This document shows, one piece after another, positions 10,232-18,701 of a stretch of 64,000 bases of DNA. The stretch's first letter is position 1. Every line of letters begins with the position of its first letter. The position numbers and the translations under genes were made by a program. The stretch is from NCBI GenBank assembly GCA_965246885.1, contig OZ251992.1:2144001-2208000 (forward strand), read 5' to 3'. A model generated the notes under the pieces. That model was given only the letters and a program-made list of their open reading frames with translations, did not search any database and had not been told where the DNA came from. The DNA comes from Abditibacterium sp. GTDB taxonomy: Bacteria > Armatimonadota > Abditibacteriia > Abditibacteriales > Abditibacteriaceae.

Positions 10232-10271
10232 TTTTGAGCGCGGAAGTTGCAACTCTTCCGCACCTCTAAAG

Positions 10272-10345
10272 CGCACCCGACCGGATTCGAACCGGCGATC
10301 TCTTCCGTGACAGGGAAGCATGTTGGGCCTCTACACCACGGGTGC
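10272..10345 (-). tRNA. tRNA-Asp (GTC)
   Basis: Reverse complement GCACCCGTGGTGTAGAGGCCCAACATGCTTCCCTGTCACGGAAG...GGTTCGAATCCGGTCGGGTGCG, anticodon GTC. Confidence 0.95.
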
Positions 10346-10382
10346 AAATTATACTTCTACCGATTTCCCGCAGGGGAAACCT

Positions 10383-10455
10383 TGGGCAAGGAGGGACTCG
10401 AACCCCCGGTAGACACGGTGTAAACGTGTTGCTTTAGCCACTAAGCTACTCGCCC
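10383..10455 (-). tRNA. tRNA-Val (TAC)
   Basis: Reverse complement GGGCGAGTAGCTTAGTGGCTAAAGCAACACGTTTACACCGTGT...GGTTCGAGTCCCTCCTTGCCCA, anticodon TAC. Confidence 0.93.
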
Positions 10456-10487
10456 TTGTGCGAGACGCCAGCGCGTCGGCCCGAAAC

Positions 10488-10516
10488 AATTTACAAGCAT
10501 CTCCGGCCCGCGTCAA
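10488..10516 (-). promoter_or_regulatory. Sigma70-type promoter for the Val-Asp-Phe tRNA operon
   Basis: Minus strand TTGACG, 17 nt, TAAATT, ending about 30 nt before the tRNA-Val 5' end. Confidence 0.75.
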
Positions 10517-10537
10517 GCGGAAATTTAAAAGCGCCCC

Positions 10538-10566
10538 TTGCAAAGGGGCCGATGGTCGGTTAAATT
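10538..10566 (+). promoter_or_regulatory. Sigma70-type promoter for tRNA-Val(GAC)
   Basis: TTGCAA, 17 nt, TAAATT, 15 nt upstream of the tRNA; back-to-back with the minus-strand promoter. Confidence 0.7.
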
Positions 10567-10581
10567 CTCTCTTCGCCTTTG

Positions 10582-10653
10582 GCGCGATTAGCTCAGTGGT
10601 AGAGCATCACCTTGACACGGTGGGGGTCAGAAGTTCGACTCTTCTATCGCGCA
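10582..10653 (+). tRNA. tRNA-Val (GAC)
   Basis: GCGCGATTAGCTCAGTGGTAGAGCATCACCTTGACACGGTGGGGGTCAGAAGTTCGACTCTTCTATCGCGCA, anticodon GAC. Confidence 0.95.
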
Positions 10654-10662
10654 ACCCATCAC

Positions 10663-10701
10663 CGAACCCCGCGTTTCCCCGTGAAGCGCGGGGTTCGTTT
10701 T
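10663..10701. terminator. Hairpin terminator between convergent tRNA-Val and amylase genes
   Basis: CGAACCCCGCG...CGCGGGGTTCG stem followed by TTTT. Confidence 0.75.
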
Positions 10702-13465
10702 ACTTGCTGTTCTCCACCAAGACGCGATAACCCCAAGGTGCCAATTGTAGCGTGGGAGAGGCGTTCAGACGGATGCCCGCGCCGGTGAAGCCGTCGCGGT
10801 AGTTACCCGCGAGTGTATTGGCGCCCAACTTTACGGTTTGGGCGCTCTCGCTCAAGTTGACGGCGACGAAGACGCGGTTGGCGCCGCGCGTGCGGGTGAA
10901 GACGTAGATTTTGTCGTCGTGGTTGGAGGGGATACGGGCGAAGTCGCCCGCCGCGAGTGCGGGCTGGTTTCGATAAAGCGTGAGGAGGGAACGGTAAAAC
11001 GGGTAAACCGGCGACTTAGCGGCGGCGACGGCGTCCGGCGACGGATCAGTTTTGGCGAAGCCGAACTCTTGGCCGTTATACAAGAGCGGCTTGCCGGGGA
11101 GCGTGGCGCACAAAACCATGAGCGGCGCGACTTGCGGCATTCCGGGTTTGGCTTCGACGGCGGGGCCGTCGCCCCACCCCCAATCGGCGTGCGGGTGCCA
11201 GTCGTGGTTATCCAAGAAGCGCATGGGAATCGCGCCGTCGGGTAGGGCGCGCGCTTCGTCACGTAGCGCCTCATCTATGACAGTCGCGGGTTTGCGTCCG
11301 GCGCATACGTCCCACAGAATCGGCGGCAATTTCCAACTATATGTCATGTCGAACGCGGGGTGAACTTCGGCATTGTCGGCCTCGGCGAGCATGAAGATGG
11401 GCTTGACCGCGTCCAATTGCGGGCGAAGCCAGTTCCAGAACTCGACGGGCACGCGCCCGTTGCTGCCGGCCACGTCGCAGCGAAAGCCGTCCACGTCGCA
11501 GTCGCGCACCCACCCCACCATGTTGTCGCGCATCGTGTTCCAAAGCGGGCGGTTCCATTTGCCGCCCTGCCCATAATCCAACTGCGCGGTGTCGGCCCAT
11601 GTGTAAGCCTGCGCAATTTGGCCGTTGCCGTCGTGAACGTAGAATTCGGGATGGGCCTCGATCATCGGATTATCCCACGCCGTGTGGTTGGGCACGAAAT
11701 CCATAATGACACGCAATCCCAGCCCATGCGCCGTAGCGACGAGGTGTTTGAAATCGGCTTTGGTGCCCAGATAAGGGTTGATGGCGGTGTAATCGCTCAC
11801 CGCATACGGGCTTCCGAAGCCTTTCTTGTAGCCGCGCGGGGTAAGCGGCATGAACCACACGATGCCAACTCCCATCGCTTTCAAACCCGGCAAGTGCTTC
11901 TCATATTCGCGGAGCGCCTGTCCTTTGGGGAACTTGTAAAGGTCGAGATTGACTTCATAGATGGGTTGATTCGCGGCCCACGTCGGCCCCGCGACGGCGC
12001 GCGTAGTTAAGGGGCCGTTCATCTTTAGTGGGAGAGAAGCGTCAGTCAAGAGATAAGGTTGGAAACTACGGGCGGCTATTTGGAAGGGGCGGGCGTTGGG
12101 GTGGAGGCCATCGGCGCCGAACTGCTCGGTGCGCGGGCCGTCTCGCAGTTCAAACACGTAGGTTAGGTCTTCCTTGCGGTTCCAAGGGAGGTCGGCGCTA
12201 TAGTAGGCATACAGCCCCTCGCCCTTGACCAACTTCAGGGGGTATTTGGAATGAGAAGACCTGAGCGAAATGTCGCTCAGGTCGTTGGGGCGCGCTCGCA
12301 GGGAAAGGGTAACTCGCCCCCCATCGTAACTGATATCCCTCACGCCGTGCGGGTGGAACAGGGCGCTCGCCGCCGTGATGCCATCGTCGGGACTGGCGGG
12401 GATTTCGTAGCCGACGGGAGTCACTACAAGCAGAGAGTTCACGTTAACTTTGTCCGTCTCGTCGCGCGGCGCGTTCGGGTCGGGAACCCATTTTTCTTCG
12501 TTGTTCGGCCCGAACTGGGCGAACTTATACACGTAGCGGCCCGGCTCAAGCGGCAAACTCAAACGCCACGTCAGGCCGTCGGCATCGGCAACCATCGGGT
12601 TCGCGGTCTTGTTCCAGCCGTTGAAGCTGCCCACGAGAGCCACACCCTTCCACTTCTGGTCGGCCTTGAAGACGAACGGATGTCCGGCGCCATTCGCCAC
12701 AGCAGGCGCGGCGCCATCTGGGGCGGCGACGACGAGCAGGGAGTTATCGTGCGCCTTGTCCGTTTCATCGCGCGGCGCGTTCGGATCAGGAATCCACGTC
12801 TGCTCGTCCGGGGCGAAGGGCGCGAACTTGTAGTCATAACGCCCCTGCGCGAGTGGCACTTCCAAGCGCCACGTCAAGCCGTCCGCATCGGCGACCATCG
12901 AGTTGGCCGTCTTATTCCATCCGTTGAAACTGCCGACTAAAGCGACGGCCTTGAGCTTTTTGTCCGCCTTGTAAACGATGGATTGGGGCACGAGGGTGAG
13001 GAGGGAGTTGTCGTGCGCTTTGTCGGTTTCGTCGCGCGGGGCGGTAGGGTCGGGCACCCACGTTCCTTCTTCCGGGCCAAAGGGCGCGAACTTGTAATCG
13101 TAGCGCCCCGGCGCGAGCGGCAACGCGAGTCGCCAAGTGAGGCCATCGGCGTCGGCGGTCATCGGGTTGGCCGTCTTGTCCCACTTGTTGAAACTGCCCA
13201 CCAAACGCACGGACTTCAGCTTTTTGTCGGCTTTGAAGACGAACGGGTGGGAAACCATACCCTGCGTCGGGGACGTTCCCCACGCGGGCGCTTGTCCTTG
13301 GGCGGGCGTATCGGCGACGGTTTGGAAGTGGCCGCGTTGTCCCGGCGCGGTTTGCGCGAGGGCGGGCGCGGCGGCATCGGGAGAATGATTGCAACCGGTG
13401 GCTCCCAATACCGCCAGCGTGAGAAGCCATGTGCCGATGCGTATTTTGCAGGTGTGTGTGTTCAT
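10700..13465 (-). CDS. Lipoprotein GH13 alpha-amylase-family enzyme with three tandem AMPK-beta/CBM48-like starch-binding domains
   Basis: Lipobox LGATGC; three repeats of VxLVGSFNxWxK...WRL...GRYxYKF...WxPDP; catalytic DFVPNH, DGFRCDVA, MLAEAD and FLDNHD. Confidence 0.9.
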   Translation of the reverse strand: MNTHTCKIRIGTWLLTLAVLGATGCNHSPDAAAPALAQTAPGQRGHFQTVADTPAQGQAPAWGTSPTQGMVSHPFVFKADKKLKSVRLVGSFNKWDKTANPMTADADGLTWRLALPLAPGRYDYKFAPFGPEEGTWVPDPTAPRDETDKAHDNSLLTLVPQSIVYKADKKLKAVALVGSFNGWNKTANSMVADADGLTWRLEVPLAQGRYDYKFAPFAPDEQTWIPDPNAPRDETDKAHDNSLLVVAAPDGAAPAVANGAGHPFVFKADQKWKGVALVGSFNGWNKTANPMVADADGLTWRLSLPLEPGRYVYKFAQFGPNNEEKWVPDPNAPRDETDKVNVNSLLVVTPVGYEIPASPDDGITAASALFHPHGVRDISYDGGRVTLSLRARPNDLSDISLRSSHSKYPLKLVKGEGLYAYYSADLPWNRKEDLTYVFELRDGPRTEQFGADGLHPNARPFQIAARSFQPYLLTDASLPLKMNGPLTTRAVAGPTWAANQPIYEVNLDLYKFPKGQALREYEKHLPGLKAMGVGIVWFMPLTPRGYKKGFGSPYAVSDYTAINPYLGTKADFKHLVATAHGLGLRVIMDFVPNHTAWDNPMIEAHPEFYVHDGNGQIAQAYTWADTAQLDYGQGGKWNRPLWNTMRDNMVGWVRDCDVDGFRCDVAGSNGRVPVEFWNWLRPQLDAVKPIFMLAEADNAEVHPAFDMTYSWKLPPILWDVCAGRKPATVIDEALRDEARALPDGAIPMRFLDNHDWHPHADWGWGDGPAVEAKPGMPQVAPLMVLCATLPGKPLLYNGQEFGFAKTDPSPDAVAAAKSPVYPFYRSLLTLYRNQPALAAGDFARIPSNHDDKIYVFTRTRGANRVFVAVNLSESAQTVKLGANTLAGNYRDGFTGAGIRLNASPTLQLAPWGYRVLVENSK

Positions 13466-13495
13466 GTGGAGTTTGAAGCTGTTTCCCTCAAGCGG

Positions 13496-13530
13496 AAGCG
13501 GAGCGCGAAAATCGTTTTCGCGCTCCGCTT
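13496..13530. terminator. Strong intergenic hairpin (terminator or mRNA stabiliser)
   Basis: Perfect 16-bp stem AAGCGGAGCGCGAAAA/TTTTCGCGCTCCGCTT with a 3-nt loop, between the DUF1559 and amylase genes. Confidence 0.65.
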
Positions 13531-13564
13531 AGAGACCTTTTACATCTTGCCGGACGAAGTAGTG

Positions 13565-14329
13565 TTACTGCAACTTGGTCTGCTGAATTCCCAAATTGGT
13601 CTGCAGAACGGTGGGAACTGCATTGTTGGCCGGGTCAATTGTCCACTCATTGACGCCGCCAGCGATGGTGTTCAAGGGCTTGAGCGACTTGACATGACCA
13701 TCAGCGAAGAGGAAGTTGGTCGTTGTCAAGTGGTTTTGCAGGTCTGAGTCGGTGCCATCAAGGTTGGCGACTTTATACAAATCCGGGTTGCCAGAAACGC
13801 CCGCTTGATCAAGAACCAAAATCGTCTGTGACACGGAGACTATCTGAGATAGTGCTGCACCACCATGAGTTTGGTAGTCGCTACCAGCGGGGAAGGCAGC
13901 AGCGCGCTCCATTGGCCTTTGCCCACCAAAGCCGGAATCGCCAGTGACACCAGAGTAAGGGCCGCCGCCATTAGCCATGTAGGAAGCCGATGCCGCAGAA
14001 GCGTTGGTCACGGTGTTGGTCTTCGTATAAGACGGGCAGGTAAATAGCTGCCAGCTTTTGATGTAGGGCTGAACGGTGTAGTGCCAAGGGTAGGCGCCGT
14101 TGTCGTAGCACGCGAAGGGCAACCTCTCATCGTAGTCCTGCGCGTATTGCATGAGGCCCAAGCCGATCTGTTTGAGGTTAGACTGACAGGAAGCACGGCG
14201 GGCGTTCTCCCTCGCACGGGCGAAAGCGGGGAACAAGATAGCTGCCAAAATAGCGATGATGGCGATAACTACGAGCAATTCTATGAGGGTGAACGCAGGA
14301 CGGCTCTTGCCGCCATTGGTGTTTAACAT
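13565..14329 (-). CDS. DUF1559 prepilin-type N-methylation / H-X9-DG domain protein
   Basis: [47 protein letters not shown] and [15 protein letters not shown]. Confidence 0.93.
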   Translation of the reverse strand: MLNTNGGKSRPAFTLIELLVVIAIIAILAAILFPAFARARENARRASCQSNLKQIGLGLMQYAQDYDERLPFACYDNGAYPWHYTVQPYIKSWQLFTCPSYTKTNTVTNASAASASYMANGGGPYSGVTGDSGFGGQRPMERAAAFPAGSDYQTHGGAALSQIVSVSQTILVLDQAGVSGNPDLYKVANLDGTDSDLQNHLTTTNFLFADGHVKSLKPLNTIAGGVNEWTIDPANNAVPTVLQTNLGIQQTKLQ

Positions 14330-14437
14330 GGTGTGGTCGCATGGTGAGCTACTTCATGCACTGGATTGGCTCGGTTAGGCGCCCCTTGCGGGGCGCAAAC
14401 TGCAAGTTGGTTCCCCAACAGACGCGCTTGACAAAAC

Positions 14438-15550
14438 TTAGTGCGTCAGGGAGAGTGCGGGCCACTTTTCGCGGCAGGATAAGCGCGGAATGAGGCGCAT
14501 GGGGACGGCGCGGTGTTGGGGTTGCGGCGGCAACTGGCCCAAGATGCGGCTGGACAGAAGGTCGGCGGCCTCGCGGCCCACTTCGTCCCAAGGCAGGTGG
14601 AGCGAAGTGATGTTGTGGCGGCGCGCGGCCTCGGAGTTGTCGAAAGCCACGATGGTGGGCCACTCGTCGCGCGGTCGTCCCGCTTCGCGCAGCGCCTCCA
14701 TCAGCCCCATCGCCACTGCGTCGTTGACAGCCACCACGCCCCGGACATCGCCGCGCAACAACATCCGGTGCCCCGCGTTTTTGCCGATTCGGGTGGCGCC
14801 TTGGGTGTCGTCCTCCTCTTCTTGCGGCCCGAAAGCCAAGCCGTGAAAGGGAAGCCCCCCCTCGTGCAACGCGCGGCGCCAGCCCGCCTCGCGTTCGATT
14901 GACCACTCTTTGGCGCTCTGTTCTCCGGTCGAAGCGTGAACGCCCAAAAACGCGATGCTTTTGCAGCCGCGCTCGATCAGGTGTCGCGTCGCCCGAAAAC
15001 CGCCGTCTTCGTTGTCGAACGACACTAAGTCGGCGCGCTCTCCATCACGCCAGTGGCTTCCGATGCGGGCGAAGGGCACGTCCGCCGCGAAATTGGCGCG
15101 CGGTGAAACGGCGTCGAGCCGCTCCTCGCGCACCATCAGGAACACCCCGCCGACCGGTAACTCGCGCCACGCAGGGGAAACCTCCGACATTTCGAGCGAC
15201 ACCGCGCTGCCTTGGCGGGCGGCGACGCGCGAATCGAAGCCGATTTGGATCTCGGCGCGGTAGGGGTGCGGCGAAACGTCATCGGTCAAGAACACATGGG
15301 AGGGCGCGGCGCCGTTGCCGCCGAAGGTGCCCGCGAACGAGCCGACTTTGGGAACAGCGCGGAACAACCCCTCGCCTTCGACGGCCTGCAACGCTTGGTG
15401 AGCGATGTAGCGCGAAACTTGGTGGGTTTGCGCGATCTCGCTCACGGACGGAAGCATGGCCCCTTGCACCAAGGCGCCGTTAGAAATGAGGGCGCGAAGC
15501 GACTGCTCCACTCCCCGTTGCTGCTCTCGTGTTTCTCGACGGCTGGCCAT
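14438..15550 (-). CDS. GntR-HTH / LacI-type sugar-binding transcriptional regulator
   Basis: LPSVSEIAQTHQVSRYIAHQAL wHTH; DNEDGG, VNDAVAMG and FDNS periplasmic-binding-fold motifs. Start at ATG 15550. Confidence 0.88.
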   Translation of the reverse strand: MASRRETREQQRGVEQSLRALISNGALVQGAMLPSVSEIAQTHQVSRYIAHQALQAVEGEGLFRAVPKVGSFAGTFGGNGAAPSHVFLTDDVSPHPYRAEIQIGFDSRVAARQGSAVSLEMSEVSPAWRELPVGGVFLMVREERLDAVSPRANFAADVPFARIGSHWRDGERADLVSFDNEDGGFRATRHLIERGCKSIAFLGVHASTGEQSAKEWSIEREAGWRRALHEGGLPFHGLAFGPQEEEDDTQGATRIGKNAGHRMLLRGDVRGVVAVNDAVAMGLMEALREAGRPRDEWPTIVAFDNSEAARRHNITSLHLPWDEVGREAADLLSSRILGQLPPQPQHRAVPMRLIPRLSCREKWPALSLTH

Positions 15551-15671
15551 GACATATCCAATATACCCAATTTCAGATAGTTTCAAACACTTTTTGCAAA
15601 AATTTTTTCTGGCGTCCGCTTTCGTCCCGAAAACCGGGCCTCTTCGCGCTCCGCCGAGCCAAACTAAGCGG

Positions 15672-16538
15672 GTGATTTTCTTCCCGACCGATGCATGGCG
15701 TGCGCGCGCCCAACGCGAGGCGGCGCGAGTGGCACCGTTTGTCGAAGAGCACATGGCGCGGCGCCAGCGCGGGGAGAAACATCCCGTGTGGGATTTTCTG
15801 TTTGAGTATTATCCCTTCAAAGCGTCGCTTCCGCTCCGGTTTTCGCCGGGGGTGGGCGTGGAACTGGAAGGGGCGGGGGAGTTTGTGGGGCGCACCGGGT
15901 GGAGCGCGACGCCGCGCGGGGCGAGGGTGGATGCGGCGAAGTTTCCCGTCGCGCGCTTGGACGAAGCGCGGCGCTCATTGGAACTGCTGGAAGCCACGCA
16001 AAGCCGGGCAGCGCGGTTCGACTGCTTTGGATGGCACGAGTGGGCGATGGTTTATCGCTCGGACGCGACACGGCACGCCTTGCCACTTCGGTTAAACGGG
16101 TCAGCTATTGGGGAGCTGCTGGAAGCCCAAACGCTGCGTTGCTCGCACTTCGACGCGGTGCGCTTTTGGACGCCCGACGCGCTTCCGCTCCAAACCCTGC
16201 GCCCCGCCGCGCATGACCGCGCGGCGTGGGAGCAACCGGGGTGCGTGCATGCGAACATGGATTTGTATAAGTTCGCCGCCCGCTTCGCGCCTTGGCTTGC
16301 CTCATCTTTGGTGGTTGAGGCGTTTCTGCTGGCCCGCGATGCCCGCGAGTTGGACATGCGCGCTTCGCCGTATGACCTCGCGCCGCTTGGCTTTGCGCCG
16401 ATTCTGCTGGAAACGCCCGACGGTCGCCGCGAATACGCTGCTTTACAGCGACAGATCGCCGAACGCGCCGCACCGCTGCGCGCCCGCCTTATCGAAGGAT
16501 ATGGCAGCTTGTTGGAAAAGGCGGCGGTGGATATTTGA
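15672..16538 (+). CDS. Conserved hypothetical protein (family often labelled '3-methyladenine DNA glycosylase' in Actinobacteria)
   Basis: KHPVWDFLFEYY, CFGWHEWAMVY, CSHFDA, EQPGCVHANMDLYK and LDMRASPYDL motifs. GTG start at 15672 is assumed. Confidence 0.75.
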   Translation: MIFFPTDAWRARAQREAARVAPFVEEHMARRQRGEKHPVWDFLFEYYPFKASLPLRFSPGVGVELEGAGEFVGRTGWSATPRGARVDAAKFPVARLDEARRSLELLEATQSRAARFDCFGWHEWAMVYRSDATRHALPLRLNGSAIGELLEAQTLRCSHFDAVRFWTPDALPLQTLRPAAHDRAAWEQPGCVHANMDLYKFAARFAPWLASSLVVEAFLLARDARELDMRASPYDLAPLGFAPILLETPDGRREYAALQRQIAERAAPLRARLIEGYGSLLEKAAVDI

Positions 16539-16554
16539 GGCCGCGCCAAGCATC

Positions 16555-16680
16555 GGCGCAGTTAATTCTTCCGTTGGCGCGTGCGCGTCATTCGGTGGCG
16601 CGGCTAATTCTTTTGTCGGCGCGTGCGCGTCACTCACCGGCGCGACCCGGCGACTCGTCGGCGCGGCCCGGTGGATGCTC
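16555..16680. repeat. Degenerate 21-bp-period tandem array (6 units, GGCGC anchor)
   Basis: GGCGC recurs at 16555, 16576, 16597, 16618, 16639 and 16660. Confidence 0.9.
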
Positions 16681-16748
16681 CGCCCGTACGAGTCGAGCGG
16701 AGCCAGAAGCAGGAAAATGGCGGCGCGTGGTTAAACTTCTCCTCTCTC

Positions 16749-17363
16749 ATGCAACCGTTCACCTCTTTGTCGGGCATCGCGGCGCCCCTTGACCGCGCCA
16801 ATGTGGACACCGATCAAATCATCCCCAAGCAGTTCCTCAAGCGCATCGAGCGCACCGGTTTTGGCGAATACCTCTTCTTCGATTGGCGCTACCTCGAAGA
16901 CGGCAAGACCCCCAACCCCGACTTTATCCTCAACGATTCGCGCTTGAAGGGCGCGCAGATTCTGGTCGCCGCGCGCAATTTTGGCAGTGGCTCCAGCCGC
17001 GAGCACGCGCCTTGGGCCTTAGACCAATACGGCTTTCGGTGCGTCATCGCCCCCTCTTTTGCCGACATTTTCTACAACAACTGCTTTCAAAACGGCCTGC
17101 TGCCGGTGATTTTGCCGGAAGACTCCGTCGCTATTTTGCTCGCCCGCATCGAGGCCAACCTCGGCATGACGCTGACCGTTGACCTTGAATCGCAAACCGT
17201 GCGCGGCGACGGCTTCGAGGCGGATTTCCAAGTAGACCAGTTCCGTAAGCACCGCATGCTCTTGGGATTAGACGACATTGGCATGACTATGCAGCACGAG
17301 GGCGACATTACCCAGTTCGAGGCGCACCGCCCCGCTTGGATGGCGTCGCTCGCGTCGGTTTAA
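16749..17363 (+). CDS. leuD: 3-isopropylmalate dehydratase small subunit
   Basis: [38 protein letters not shown]. Confidence 0.96.
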   Translation: MQPFTSLSGIAAPLDRANVDTDQIIPKQFLKRIERTGFGEYLFFDWRYLEDGKTPNPDFILNDSRLKGAQILVAARNFGSGSSREHAPWALDQYGFRCVIAPSFADIFYNNCFQNGLLPVILPEDSVAILLARIEANLGMTLTVDLESQTVRGDGFEADFQVDQFRKHRMLLGLDDIGMTMQHEGDITQFEAHRPAWMASLASV

Positions 17364-17366
17364 GCC

Positions 17367-18596
17367 TTAGACCAACAAATCGCGCGCGAACTCCAAGGCG
17401 CGGATGAAAACATCCACGTCCTCGCGGGTGTTGTAAGCGGCGAAACTGGCGCGGCAGGTGGCGGGAACTCCGAAGCGGCGCATGAGCGGCTCGGCGCAGT
17501 GGTGGCCGGTGCGGATGGCGACGCCCTGAGTGTCCACCAAGTGCCCGATGTCGTTCGGGTGGGCGCCGTCCAAAACGAAGCTCAAAACGCCCGCTTTGTG
17601 CGCCGCTTCGCCGATAATGCGGATGCCGGGAACCTCGCGGATGCGCGTGGTGGCATAGGCCAGCAGGTCAGCCTCGTGCGCGGCTATGTCGTCCATCGAG
17701 ATGGACGACACCCAGTCAATGGCGGTTCCAAAACCGGTCGCGCCCGCCATGTTGGGCGTGCCCGCCTCGAACTTATAGGGCAGTTCGTTCCACGTCGTCT
17801 CGCCCCACGACACGCTGGAAATCATGTCGCCGCCGAACTGATAGGGCGGCATCGCTTGGAGCAGTTCGCGCTTGCCGTGCAGGATGCCGATGCCCGTCGG
17901 CCCATAGATTTTGTGCGAGCTAAAGGTGAAAAAGTCGGCGTCGAGGGCGCCCAAATCAACGGGGCCATGCGGGACGGACTGCGCGCCATCCACGAGGATG
18001 GTGGTGCCATTGGCGTGCGCCATTTCGACTAACTCGGCGACGGGGTTAATGGTGCCGAGGGCATTGGACACATGAACGATGGACGCCAACTTCGTGCGCG
18101 GCGACAGCAAGCGTTGCCACTCCTCGACCATCAGTTCGCCCGCGTCGTTGACCGGCGCCACGACGAGCTTGGCGCTTCTTTCGCGGGCGAGCATTTGCCA
18201 AGGGACGATGTTGGAGTGATGCTCCATTTCCGACAGCAGAATCTCGTCGCCCGCCCCAATGTTGGCGCGTCCCCACGTCGCGGCGACGAGGTTGATGGAC
18301 TCGGTGCAACCGCGCGTGAAGATGAGTTCATGCGCGTCGGCGACATGAAGAAAGCGGGCGATTTTGACGCGCGCTTCCTCGTAGCGCCGCGTGGCGACTT
18401 CGCTCAGGTGATGCGTGGCGCGGTGCAGGTTAGCGTTTTCGGTCTCGTAGAACTCGCTCGTGCGGTCGATGACCGCGCGCGGCTTTTGCGTGGTGTTGGC
18501 GTTGTCGAGATAAACGAGCGGTTTGCCATGCACCTTGGTGGCGAGGATGGGGAACTGCGCGCGGACGGCGGCGACATCGAGGGTGGTGGTGGGCAT
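17367..18596 (-). CDS. sufS: Cysteine desulfurase, SufS family
   Basis: LVYLDNA, EHHSNIVPW, FSSHKIYGPTGIG, RTGHHCA; last gene of the suf cluster. Confidence 0.95.
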   Translation of the reverse strand: MPTTTLDVAAVRAQFPILATKVHGKPLVYLDNANTTQKPRAVIDRTSEFYETENANLHRATHHLSEVATRRYEEARVKIARFLHVADAHELIFTRGCTESINLVAATWGRANIGAGDEILLSEMEHHSNIVPWQMLARERSAKLVVAPVNDAGELMVEEWQRLLSPRTKLASIVHVSNALGTINPVAELVEMAHANGTTILVDGAQSVPHGPVDLGALDADFFTFSSHKIYGPTGIGILHGKRELLQAMPPYQFGGDMISSVSWGETTWNELPYKFEAGTPNMAGATGFGTAIDWVSSISMDDIAAHEADLLAYATTRIREVPGIRIIGEAAHKAGVLSFVLDGAHPNDIGHLVDTQGVAIRTGHHCAEPLMRRFGVPATCRASFAAYNTREDVDVFIRALEFARDLLV

Positions 18597-18626
18597 GAGT
18601 GGGTTCCTGCTGGCAACTATGGCTTC

Positions 18627-18696
18627 CGTAGGGACGCAGCTTGCCGCGTCCGTCGGGTCACGATTTGGAACGGACGCGGCAAGCAGCGTCCCTACG
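18627..18696. repeat. GTAG-family REP doublet (REPIN-like inverted repeat)
   Basis: 27-bp arms CGTAGGGACGCAGCTTGCCGCGTCCGT and ACGGACGCGGCAAGCAGCGTCCCTACG (one mismatch) with a 16-nt spacer. Confidence 0.8.
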
Positions 18697-18701
18697 TTGG
18701 T

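Noticed and set aside
10061..10321. N-terminal extension of the DegT aminotransferase ORF
   Set aside because: It runs through the tRNA-Asp and tRNA-Phe genes and a terminator; family similarity starts at MVPLFDL.
10159..15550. Genomic island integrated at the tRNA cluster
   Set aside because: No integrase and no duplicated tRNA 3' end (att site) found in the window.
15591..15602. TTTTTGCAAAAA palindrome as the GntR/LacI operator
   Set aside because: Single low-complexity palindrome; I found no second copy near the presumed target genes to support it.
16540..16748. Leucine attenuator or T-box upstream of leuD (and ilvD at 51.6-51.9 kb)
   Set aside because: No leader peptide with Leu/Ile/Val runs, no T-box consensus and no U-tailed terminator seen.
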